A DNA stretch of 26,809 bases from Planctomycetota bacterium (GCA_016795255.1 JAEUIB010000679.1:1-26809); one strand, 5' to 3'; positions 1 to 8,382 are shown, counted from the first letter of the stretch. Numbers and translations: made by a program. The notes: generated by a model from the sequence alone, not told the origin.

Positions 1-37
1 AGATCGCACGGGGGCTGACCCCTTCTTCGCGTGTGGT

Positions 38-2293
38 TCAGCGCGCGCGCTCGCGCACGAAGCGCGCTTCGAGGTCGTCGAGCTTGCCGCGCTTCGTCAG
101 CGTCGCGAACTCGGTGAAGGCGGGCTCGCGTTCCGGATGCAGAGCGACCGCGCGCAGCGTGATGCCCGGCGGGATCGCGTCGAACGTGAAGCGGCCGTCG
201 GCGTCACTGCGCTCGTAGCTGAACCAGTACGTCCCTTCGCCCGACGAGTCGCGCACGGCCTGGTCGAGCTTCGCGACGCGCTCGTCGGTGATCGGGCCGC
301 GCCCGGTGATCACGACGACCGCGTCGGCGACCGGTGAGCCGTCGACGTCGCGCACGATGCCGCGAAGCGTTCCGCGCGCGTTCGTCGCGACCTCGACGTC
401 GACGCTGCCGCCGTCGCCGACGTCGACCGGCCCCGCGATGCCCGGCGCCGGCGCGGGGATGTCGCCGAAGTACACGTCGTACGCGATCACGACGTAGCGC
501 CCGGGCTTCAAGCCCGCGAGGTGCGTGACGTCGGATTCCGGCGGTGAGCCGCCGGCGCACACCTGCACCGAGTCGCGGAACAGCCGATTCGGCACCACGT
601 CGAGCGCGATCGCATCCGCGTCGAGTCCGTCGACGCCGATCGCGTCGACGTCGTGGAACGCGCGCATCAGCGGTTTTCCGTCGGCCGTACGCACGTGCGC
701 GACGATCGTGCCGGTGTTGCCCGCGGGCGGGGGAGGCTCGAAGCCGCGCATCCCGTCGTCGGGCTGCGTGTCGATCCAGCGCGTCGGCTCGGCCAGCGAG
801 AACGTTCGCTGCGTCGAGCCGCCCGTGTCGACGACGAAGTCGTGCCGGTAGCGGTCGTAGGTCGTGTCGCCGAGCACCTCGAGTTCGATGCGCATCGGAC
901 CGAGCCACGAACCCGCCAGCTTCACGCGCCCGCCGTCCGTCGTCGTGCCGCCGCCGACGTGGACCGCGGCTTCGTAGTCCGCGCCATGCATCGTCGGCAG
1001 CATGCGCCACAGCATCACCGGCGTTCCGTCCGGCAGCGCGCGGTCGGGCGCGATCAGCGTCGCGTCGATCGTCCAATCGGCCTTCGTCGTCGGCACGTCG
1101 AGCGTGACGAGCCACGGATCGAGCACGCGCTCTTCGCCACCCTTCAACCGGATCGTGCCGCCGTCGTGGATCGGCGCGTTCTCGTGCAGGACCGTCAGCG
1201 TGAAGCCCTCGTCGGGCTCGCCGAGCACCTTGACCGACAGGTCGAACGAGCCGTCGGCGCGGACTTCGGCGACTCCGCCCTCGCGCGCCATCTTGCCGTC
1301 GCGGACGACGGAGGCGGCTTCGACGCGCATACCGTCGATGCGACGCCCATCCGCGTGCGCGACGCGTCCATGCAGCGTCGCGGTCGCCGCGACGCGCGCG
1401 CTGCGCGGCGGCGCACCGTTCGGCATCGGCAAGCCGCCGCCATTTCGGTTCGAAGGAGCCGGCACCGCAGGGGCGGGAATCGGCGCCGGAGTTCTCACGG
1501 GATCGTCGGTCGGCGTCGCAGCTGGCGGGTCCTGCGGCGTCGAGTCGATCGCGACGTCGGTCGTCGGTTGCGCCGGCCCGTCGCGCCACAGCAGCGGCAG
1601 AGCGACGAACGCGCCCGTCAGCACCAGCGACGACACGAGCAACGGCAGTAGCGCGAGCGTCGATCCCGCGCTCTTCGCCGACAGCGCGAGCAGGCGAGTC
1701 TCGAGCCCACTCGGCACCGGCGCCGGCGCGAGGCGCGTCGAGTCGCGCACCAGCGTGTCGAGTCCGTCGCCGTCGATCGCGACCAGCGCGACCGAGCTCG
1801 CGCGCAATCGATGTCGCAGCGTCGCGAGGCCGCGTTGGACGCGCTCATACGCCGTCGGCTCGGAGACGTCGAGTGCGCGAGCGACGTCCTTGAACGTCAG
1901 GTCCTCGCCGAAGCGCAGCTCGATCGCGAGTCGCAAGTCGGGCGGCAGATCCCGCAGCGCGGCGCGCGCGGCCTCGCGGTGTTCCGCGTGCTGCGCGGAC
2001 TCGATCGGATTCGAAGGTTCGAAGGTCATGACGTTCGCGGTCTCCCGGACGCGCCGGCGCCGCTCGCCACGCAGGATCATCAACGCTTGCTTGACCGCGA
2101 GCCACTTGAGGACGCGCTCCGGGTGCTCGCACGCGAGCAGCCGCTCCCCTTGTTCGAGCGCGACGACGAACGCCTGTTGGACCGCGTCGGCCGCGTCCTC
2201 AGGGCGTTCCGTGACGCGCAACGCGGCGCGATACGCGGCCGCGTGGTGCTCGCGCACCAAGTCCTCGAACGCTGTGGTCGTGATCGGAGTCAT
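38..2293 (-). CDS. ECF-type RNA polymerase sigma factor fused to a TM helix, Pro-rich linker and carboxypeptidase-regulatory-like beta-sandwich repeats
   Basis: Sigma2 (FEDLVREHHAAAYRAALRVT..EDAADAVQQAF) and sigma4 HTH (LPPDLRLAIELRFGEDLTFKDVARALDVSEPTAYERVQRGLATLR); hydrophobic segment LALLPLLVSSLVLTGAFVALPLLW; C-terminal GTLRGIVRDVDGSPVADAVV-type repeats. Confidence 0.85.
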   Translation of the reverse strand: MTPITTTAFEDLVREHHAAAYRAALRVTERPEDAADAVQQAFVVALEQGERLLACEHPERVLKWLAVKQALMILRGERRRRVRETANVMTFEPSNPIESAQHAEHREAARAALRDLPPDLRLAIELRFGEDLTFKDVARALDVSEPTAYERVQRGLATLRHRLRASSVALVAIDGDGLDTLVRDSTRLAPAPVPSGLETRLLALSAKSAGSTLALLPLLVSSLVLTGAFVALPLLWRDGPAQPTTDVAIDSTPQDPPAATPTDDPVRTPAPIPAPAVPAPSNRNGGGLPMPNGAPPRSARVAATATLHGRVAHADGRRIDGMRVEAASVVRDGKMAREGGVAEVRADGSFDLSVKVLGEPDEGFTLTVLHENAPIHDGGTIRLKGGEERVLDPWLVTLDVPTTKADWTIDATLIAPDRALPDGTPVMLWRMLPTMHGADYEAAVHVGGGTTTDGGRVKLAGSWLGPMRIELEVLGDTTYDRYRHDFVVDTGGSTQRTFSLAEPTRWIDTQPDDGMRGFEPPPPAGNTGTIVAHVRTADGKPLMRAFHDVDAIGVDGLDADAIALDVVPNRLFRDSVQVCAGGSPPESDVTHLAGLKPGRYVVIAYDVYFGDIPAPAPGIAGPVDVGDGGSVDVEVATNARGTLRGIVRDVDGSPVADAVVVITGRGPITDERVAKLDQAVRDSSGEGTYWFSYERSDADGRFTFDAIPPGITLRAVALHPEREPAFTEFATLTKRGKLDDLEARFVRERAR

Positions 2294-2400
2294 CGTGAGG
2301 ATTCCGCGCCGGCGGCGACCGGCTGGTCGATGTTCGGCCCCTGGATGCCGCCGGCGCGGAGATCATCGGAGAAAACTCGGAGTCCGTGAAGCGACCGGGC

Positions 2401-3303
2401 TCACTTGGTCGCCGGCGCGGGCTTCGGCGGTTCGTGGCCGAGTTCGCGCAGCATGTGCTCCGCGAGTTCGCGGCGGGCCTTCCAGAACACCTCGGTCTCG
2501 GGGTCGTTCTGCAGCAGCAGGATCGCGAAGTAGACCGGCTTGCCGTCGTTCTCGAGCATGCCGACGAACCAACCGATGTCCGGGCCCGTGGACCGCGACG
2601 CCCAGCCCGTCTTCGCGCGCAGCACGGAGTGGTCGTCGCGCGCCAACTCCATGATCTCGAGCGTCGCGTCGAGCGTCGGCTTCGAGACCGGCAGTTCGCC
2701 GTCGCGCATGCGGCGCAGGAAGTCGACTTGCTGGTTCGGCGAGATCGTGAGGCCGCCGTTCAGCCAGAACTCGTCGAAGCGGCCGCCGGGCGACTCGCTG
2801 CCGTAATGGAAATCGACCAGCGAGCGCACCAACGCCTCTTCGCCGACGCGGCGCGCCATCTCTTGATAGAACCACACCGCCGACGCCGCGAACGCGGTGC
2901 GCATCGAGTGGTCTTTGTTCCACGACTCGATCATGCGGTTCTGGCCGTCCCACGGCAGCACGACGTCGACGTCCTTCACCGCGCCGCGCTCGAGCGCGAG
3001 CAGCGACAGCGGGATCTTGAACGTCGATGCCGGCGAGAAGCCCTCGTCGCAGCGCTTCGTGTTCACGTGCGTCAGCGTGTCGGTCGCCGGATCGAGCAAC
3101 GCGAACGCTCCGTCGAAGCCGGCCTTCTCGAGGATCGGGAACAAGTCGTCGCGGACGACGACGGTCGGCGCGCGCCGCGTCGTCGAGGCCTTCGCCGGCG
3201 CGTCGGACGTCGCGCGCAATTCGTCGGTGGGATGGGGATCGCCGGCGCAAGCCAGCGCGATCGGCGCGAACAGCAGCGGAGCGAGCAACAACGAACGGGA
3301 CAT
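2401..3303 (-). CDS. blaOXA: Class D (OXA-like) serine beta-lactamase / penicillin-binding protein, exported (possible lipoprotein)
   Basis: Motifs PASTFK (SxxK), SAVW (SxV), HYGS (YGN-like), FWL, KTGW. ATG at 3303 has a GGAG RBS (track ORF starts 3324). Signal peptide MSRSLLLAPLLFAPIALAC. The symbol is a family label only. Confidence 0.85.
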   Translation of the reverse strand: MSRSLLLAPLLFAPIALACAGDPHPTDELRATSDAPAKASTTRRAPTVVVRDDLFPILEKAGFDGAFALLDPATDTLTHVNTKRCDEGFSPASTFKIPLSLLALERGAVKDVDVVLPWDGQNRMIESWNKDHSMRTAFAASAVWFYQEMARRVGEEALVRSLVDFHYGSESPGGRFDEFWLNGGLTISPNQQVDFLRRMRDGELPVSKPTLDATLEIMELARDDHSVLRAKTGWASRSTGPDIGWFVGMLENDGKPVYFAILLLQNDPETEVFWKARRELAEHMLRELGHEPPKPAPATK

Positions 3304-3364
3304 GGAATCTCCTTCGGCCGCCATCGTGGCGGTGGTTCTGGACCGGGGCGAGAGGGAACTTGGA

Positions 3365-4939
3365 TCAGGGTGCCGGGGACGTCGAAGCGCTCAACACGAG
3401 CGCATGGTCACCGGCGGTTTCGAGCGTGAAGTCGTGGACGATCGTGTCGGCGCCGCGTCGCAACTCGAGCTGTTTGCGGCCGAGGAATCGACCCGTCAGC
3501 GTGATGCGTCCTGACGCGTCCGTCCGACCGGCGGAATCGCGAGCGAGCGCCGTGTCGCCCGCGACGTCGACGTGACGGCGCGAGAGCGTGACGACGACGT
3601 CGGGGACGGGATTGCCTCGCGCGTCGACGACGTGCACCGCGAGCGCGAACGCGCCGCGCGTCGCATCGACCGCGACGGCCGCGACGATCGAGCCGAGCGC
3701 GTGCGTCGAGCCCGGATCGAGCTCGAGGGCGCGCTCGACGATCGTCGCGTTCGCGAAGCGCACGCGCAGCATCAGCGGCGTCGCGGCCGGCACGTCGGCG
3801 AGTTCGAAATCGCCGGAGTCGTCGGTGGTCGTGCGCGCCATCGACAGCGCGAGGTCGACGCCGGGCACGGAGGCTTCGAGGTCGACGACGGCTCCGGCGA
3901 GGCGTTGGCCGCGATCGTCCAGAAGGCGGCCCGTCAGCCGAGCCGGCAAAGCCGTGACGCTCGGCGGCGCGACCGCCGGCAAGGAGCCACCGGCGTCCAA
4001 GTACGCGGACAGCGGCACGCGATGGCCCCACGTCGAGGGATCGAACGCGTCGATGGGGGGCTCGAGACTGGTGTGTGGCGCCGTGTGGGGCTCGGGTGCG
4101 AATGCCGGCGCCAGAGCCGAACCGGAGCTGGAAGGCGACGACGCTCCGCGATCCATCAAGACCACGCCGACGAGCACGCTCGCCGCGACGCAGACCGCGA
4201 CAGCCCACGAGCGTAGACCGCCGCGCAGCCACGGCCGGTCCAGCAGCAACTCGACGAGGCGGCGGAGCGCCGGATTCGATGGCGCGGGCGAAGCCCCGTG
4301 GGGCAGCTCGCTCGCAGCCATCGGCCATCCGACCAAGCTCCAAGCGCCGAGCCCGCGCCGTCGCGATCCCAACCGCACGCGCAGCGCATCCAGCCCGCGC
4401 CGCACGCGTGCGTGCGCCGTCGCGTCGCTGATCGACAGCCGTCGAGCGATCTCTTGGTACGTCGCGCCGTGTTCGAACCGCAGCGTCAGCGCCTCGCGCC
4501 AAGCGCGCGGCAAGCGCACGAGCTCGTCGCGCACGCGCATCAGTTCGTCGTCGCGCTCCGCGCCGGCGCCGTGCATCCCCGCCTTTGGTGCGTCCTCGCC
4601 GATCGCGTCCGCATCACGAGCCGAGTCGATCCGCCGCCGCGCCCGCAGCTCCATGCACGCATGCCGCGTCGCCAGCCACCGCAGCACCCGGCCCGGCTCC
4701 CGAGCCGCCAGCACCCGAGGCCCTTGCCGCAACGCATGCAGCAAAGCCTCCTGCGCCGCATCCTCGGCCAGATCCGCCCGCCCGGTCACCCGCCGCGCCG
4801 CGCGCACCACCGAAGCGTGCTCGGCCACCACCAACCGCTCGAACGAAGCCGCGAACCCGCCATCGACCACGACCGCCACCTCCGACCCCCCGATGCAACG
4901 AACCCGCGCGACATTCGGAAGCCTTTCATCCAATTTCAA
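3365..4939 (-). CDS. Second ECF sigma factor-TM-beta-sandwich fusion (paralog of 38..2293); true start may be downstream of 4939
   Basis: Sigma2 (FERLVVAEHASVVRAARRVTGRADLAEDAAQEAL), sigma4 (LPRAWREALTLRFEHGATYQEIARRLSISDATAHARVRRGL), TM WAVAVCVAASVLVGVVLM, repeats LTGRLLDDRGQRLAGAVV and VHVVDARGNPVPDVVV. Confidence 0.8.
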   Translation of the reverse strand: MKLDERLPNVARVRCIGGSEVAVVVDGGFAASFERLVVAEHASVVRAARRVTGRADLAEDAAQEALLHALRQGPRVLAAREPGRVLRWLATRHACMELRARRRIDSARDADAIGEDAPKAGMHGAGAERDDELMRVRDELVRLPRAWREALTLRFEHGATYQEIARRLSISDATAHARVRRGLDALRVRLGSRRRGLGAWSLVGWPMAASELPHGASPAPSNPALRRLVELLLDRPWLRGGLRSWAVAVCVAASVLVGVVLMDRGASSPSSSGSALAPAFAPEPHTAPHTSLEPPIDAFDPSTWGHRVPLSAYLDAGGSLPAVAPPSVTALPARLTGRLLDDRGQRLAGAVVDLEASVPGVDLALSMARTTTDDSGDFELADVPAATPLMLRVRFANATIVERALELDPGSTHALGSIVAAVAVDATRGAFALAVHVVDARGNPVPDVVVTLSRRHVDVAGDTALARDSAGRTDASGRITLTGRFLGRKQLELRRGADTIVHDFTLETAGDHALVLSASTSPAP

Positions 4940-4947
4940 AGCCCGGG

Positions 4948-4976
4948 TTGCGAACGTCCACGGCCGGGCCTAACAT
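4948..4976 (+). promoter_or_regulatory. Sigma70-type promoter of the tRNA gene
   Basis: TTGCGA (4948-4953), 17-nt spacer, TAACAT (4971-4976), then a GC-rich discriminator GCCCGC, ending 25 nt upstream of the tRNA. Confidence 0.6.
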
Positions 4977-5001
4977 GCCCGCTCGCTTCGAGACAGAACA
5001 T

Positions 5002-5077
5002 CGCGGGGTGGAGCAGCTGGCAGCTCGTCGGGCTCATAACCCGGAGGTCGCAGGTTCGAATCCTGTCCCCGCTACCA
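5002..5077 (+). tRNA. Initiator tRNA-fMet (anticodon CAT)
   Basis: 76 nt; acceptor stem CGCGGGG/CCCCGCT with unpaired C1; three consecutive G-C pairs closing the CTCATAA loop; GGTTCGAATCC T-arm; encoded CCA. Confidence 0.97.
5033..5077 (+). repeat. attL core: 45-bp direct repeat (3' half of tRNA-fMet)
   Basis: CTCATAACCCGGAGGTCGCAGGTTCGAATCCTGTCCCCGCTACCA, identical to 26535-26579. Confidence 0.95.
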
Positions 5078-5087
5078 GACATAACTC

Positions 5088-5124
5088 AAGAGGGGCCGCA
5101 AGTTTGCGGCCCCTCTTTTGTTTT
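5088..5124 (+). terminator. Rho-independent terminator downstream of the tRNA, supplied by the element
   Basis: AAGAGGGGCCGCA-AGTT-TGCGGCCCCTCTT followed by TTGTTTT. Confidence 0.8.
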
Positions 5125-5149
5125 GATCCGGACCCCGAAAACGCGCGTT

Positions 5150-5167
5150 TGTGGAAGAAACGTGGAA
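5150..5167 (+). repeat. 18-bp direct repeat, putative integrase arm-type binding site (left end)
   Basis: TGTGGAAGAAACGTGGAA, identical to 26385-26402; contains GTGGAA twice. Confidence 0.7.
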
Positions 5168-5227
5168 GTGCGCGCGCGAGGGTGACGGTGAAAGCGCGAG
5201 AGACGGTCGCACGGCGGAGCAAACCCC

Positions 5228-6244
5228 GTGGATCGCGTGCATCTGTTCCAGCGTGGCGAAGCGTGGTGGGTCTACTACCTGCTCGACGGTCGTCGCGTGC
5301 GCAAGTCGCTCAAGACCGACAACAAGAAGATCGCCGAAGGCATTCGCGCCGAGCTCGAGGTCAAGCTGAGGCACAGTGAGCTACGCCACGAGCAGCCGCT
5401 GCCGCCCGCTGAATTCATCGAGCGCTTCCACGAGTACCAGCGACCGCGCAAGACCAAGAAGAGCCACGCGACCGATCGCGTCTATCTCGATCGATTGATC
5501 GAGGCGGTTCCGGTGCGTGATCTACGCGAGTTGACCGGCGCGCGCATCTCCGAGTACCTGACGCTGCGAGCGAACAAGGACAAGCTCGCGCCGAAGACGC
5601 TGAATCGCATTCGCCAAGTGGTGGGGACGTTCTTCGAGTGGCTCATCGATCAGGAGCTCTTGCGCGATAACCCGATCCGCCGCGTGAAGCGCTTTCCGGA
5701 GCCGGCGCCGATCATCCGCTACCTGAAGCACGAGCAGATCGACGAGCTGCTCCGGGTCGTCCGCGACGACCGGGTCTATTCGCTCGTCGCGACGCTCGTG
5801 TTCGCGGGACTGCGTCGCTCCGAAGCGCTGTGGCTTCGGTGGGAAGACATCGACCTCGAGCGGAACCTGCTGAGCGTTCGAGCGAAGCGCGACGACGACG
5901 AACGGTGGCAACCGAAGACGAAGCGCAACCGGCTCGTGCCGATTCAGTCACGACTGGCAGCGATACTCCGCGAGCTGCCGAAAACGTCGGGCTGGGTCTT
6001 CACGTCGCCGAAGGGCTGCCGATGGGATCCCGATAATCTCTCACAGCGCTACACGGCCCTCGTCCGTGCGGCGGGCCTGCCGTGGTCACTCTTGGACCTC
6101 CGCCACACGTTCGGCACGATGCTGGCCATGAAAGGCAAGTCGCTTGCGAAGATCGCGGCGGTGATGGGCAACTCGCCCGAGATCTGTCGACGGCACTACG
6201 CGCACATCGCGACGGAGGACCTCCATGTCGACGTTGAGTTCTGA
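5228..6244 (+). CDS. int: Tyrosine recombinase / phage-type integrase
   Basis: N-terminal arm-binding-like segment (WWVYYLLDGRRVRKSLKT), SAM-like core-binding domain, AGLRRSEALWLRWEDID, KTK, LDLRHTFG, MGNS, RRHYAH; directly beside attL. Confidence 0.95.
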   Translation: MDRVHLFQRGEAWWVYYLLDGRRVRKSLKTDNKKIAEGIRAELEVKLRHSELRHEQPLPPAEFIERFHEYQRPRKTKKSHATDRVYLDRLIEAVPVRDLRELTGARISEYLTLRANKDKLAPKTLNRIRQVVGTFFEWLIDQELLRDNPIRRVKRFPEPAPIIRYLKHEQIDELLRVVRDDRVYSLVATLVFAGLRRSEALWLRWEDIDLERNLLSVRAKRDDDERWQPKTKRNRLVPIQSRLAAILRELPKTSGWVFTSPKGCRWDPDNLSQRYTALVRAAGLPWSLLDLRHTFGTMLAMKGKSLAKIAAVMGNSPEICRRHYAHIATEDLHVDVEF

Positions 6245-7262
6245 CGCGCATGTCGCAAGTGGGACGACTGTCGTCGGTGGCGATCGGGATGACGTCGGCC
6301 TAGCGCGAATGGAGTGGTTGGCCGAGGCGGAGTCTCGTTGCTTCGCCTTCGCGGAACGCAAGGAATGGGCCCAGGTCCTCGCGATCTTCGATGACTTTGC
6401 GAATCGACTTGCTGCGAACCGCCGCGATGCAGTGATCGGGTGGTTGCTGTTCGAACTCTGGGCCCTTCACGAGAACTCGAACTATCGCGAGCGAATCCCA
6501 AGAACACCGTTTCGGTTCCTTGCGGTTCTTGTGCACGCTGCGCGGGAGGTCGGCCGTCAGCGTCTTTCGGTGGCGATCGTGGAAGAAGTCCTGCATCGGG
6601 TTTGGGTCGAACAGGACGAGTGGGCGGAACTGCTACCGGCGGCGGGCGATGCTCCGTGTTTTGACGATCTGGTCTTCGACGGCGTCCTCGCTGCGGCAGA
6701 ACTCGGAGAAACCGACGTGGCATCCTCGCTCGGATCGGCGCATGCGGGTGCGCTCCAGGGCGTTGGCGAGTTCCTGCGGTCGTCAACGTTCACCCGCCGC
6801 GCGAACGCAGCGGCGAATCGGGTGCATCGATTGTCAGCAGGAGAGAAAGCAATCGCGGACTACCTCGGAGTCGCTCCGTCGGCCGCGCGCGTCGATGATC
6901 GCCATGTCGTGCTCATCGGTGCGAAGCGAGGCGCGGGGCTGGCGGTGCGGTTCGCCAACGGACGAGTCATCGCGAGCTCGCACCTCCGCCCAATCCTCTT
7001 CACGCTCGCTTCCGCATTCGCGCGTGAATCCGGTTCCGTCGCGACCTTCAAGCACTCAGATCTGCGGGACGTAGTGCCGGCGTGGGCTCGCCTTCGGTCG
7101 ACACCGAAAGACCGCGGCCTCGTAGTGCGAACTTTCAACGCTTTGCGCAAATGCCTCGTCGAAGCCGGCTTCGCTTCGAGCGATCTGAGCTACACGACAA
7201 AGCGTGACACGTACTCACTGAACATGACGCGAATGGGGCTGACCGTGCGAGCGAATCGCTGA
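6225..7262 (+). CDS. Hypothetical protein; helical N-terminus, possible C-terminal winged HTH
   Basis: 345-aa ORF; GGAGG at 6214-6218 is 6 nt before ATG 6225; overlaps the int stop by 20 bp. Confidence 0.6.
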   Translation: MSTLSSDAHVASGTTVVGGDRDDVGLARMEWLAEAESRCFAFAERKEWAQVLAIFDDFANRLAANRRDAVIGWLLFELWALHENSNYRERIPRTPFRFLAVLVHAAREVGRQRLSVAIVEEVLHRVWVEQDEWAELLPAAGDAPCFDDLVFDGVLAAAELGETDVASSLGSAHAGALQGVGEFLRSSTFTRRANAAANRVHRLSAGEKAIADYLGVAPSAARVDDRHVVLIGAKRGAGLAVRFANGRVIASSHLRPILFTLASAFARESGSVATFKHSDLRDVVPAWARLRSTPKDRGLVVRTFNALRKCLVEAGFASSDLSYTTKRDTYSLNMTRMGLTVRANR

Positions 7263-7342
7263 CGACGGATCCATGCCGGCGTGCCGAGGTGCCACACGCG
7301 ACATGCCGACTCAGAGTGGTTGCACACGAGGATTCGCTTCAT

Positions 7343-8002
7343 GTGGACAAGACGGCGCGCGAACTCACGACGACCGTGGTCGAGGACCTGAAGTACTTTC
7401 GCGATGGTTGGACGCCGACCGTTGCCGACGACACGCTGCGGCGGACATCGGCATCCTTGCGCCGATTGCTCATCTACGGCGACTACGGGAACGCGTGGAG
7501 AGCCGCCAGCCTTGCGAAGCAGCCCAGCGTCGAAGCTGTCGATCTCACCGCACGGATCCTCGGACTGGGGTTCAACCCAACCGACATCGACTTCGCTCAG
7601 GCCGGCGGCGGCACGAGTAGCGATGCCGGCATCACGGTGTCCGGGGCGGTGGTCGGGCACAACCTGAGAGAAGATCCTCGTCTCCGCGCAAGCGCGGGAC
7701 CGGTCCGTCGCTCATTCACACTTTCGGAGTTTCGGCCATCGCCGGAGTTGATCGTCGATGGAATGGCGATCGCGCGCGACGCTGTCGTCAAGTTCGTTTG
7801 CAACAAGCTCGGCGGGGCGCACTTCGATCCGGACCGTCCAGGCGAATGGGAACTGCTCGACCATCTCAATGACGGACGGCTTCACGTCGCTGGGCGCCGC
7901 TGCGTTTACTACTCGATTCTCTCGATCGGTCAGGTTCTCGGAAGTTCGCCGCAGACCGTCGACTTCCTACGCCATGCGGAGAGTCAGTTCGGGATCGCAT
8001 AG
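7343..8002 (+). CDS. Hypothetical protein with NKLGGAH motif (possibly HEPN-like)
   Basis: Track ORF 7289..8002; GTG at 7343 follows GAGGA; LRRLL helix and RDAVVKFVCNKLGGAHFD segment. Confidence 0.65.
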   Translation: MDKTARELTTTVVEDLKYFRDGWTPTVADDTLRRTSASLRRLLIYGDYGNAWRAASLAKQPSVEAVDLTARILGLGFNPTDIDFAQAGGGTSSDAGITVSGAVVGHNLREDPRLRASAGPVRRSFTLSEFRPSPELIVDGMAIARDAVVKFVCNKLGGAHFDPDRPGEWELLDHLNDGRLHVAGRRCVYYSILSIGQVLGSSPQTVDFLRHAESQFGIA

Positions 8003-8382
8003 CCGCCGTCGAACATCCGGCCGCGGTCGCACGACGCAGACAAAGCCCTCGCATCGACATCGACGCTGCACGGTTCCTGCCGATCCATGACGCGCGACCT
8101 ATCGGTTGGAAAGACAGCGCAGCTTCGGATTTTCCGGCTTTCCGAGGAATGCTGTGTCCGTCTCTGTGCGCGCAAATCGCCGAACCGAGCGGTTCTTCGA
8201 CTTCGGTCCGCAAACAAATGCGATGTCTCGCGCCGGGTCAGCAGGACCATCCGCGCCACGGTCGTCGTGGGTGCTCCACCCCGCAAATGGAACTGCGCCG
8301 ATCGAGAGGATCCCGGGCCGCTGTTCGAGGGTGGCCCCCGGATGGCGGCTCGGGCTTCCTCGCCTTCTCGGAGATCGAATCG

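Noticed and set aside
204-4973. Long overlapping ORFs (204..1589, 653..1651, 1002..2654, 2386..3429, 3588..4973)
   Set aside because: Arg/Ala-rich shadow frames of GC-rich genes with no motifs; the other frames carry clear families
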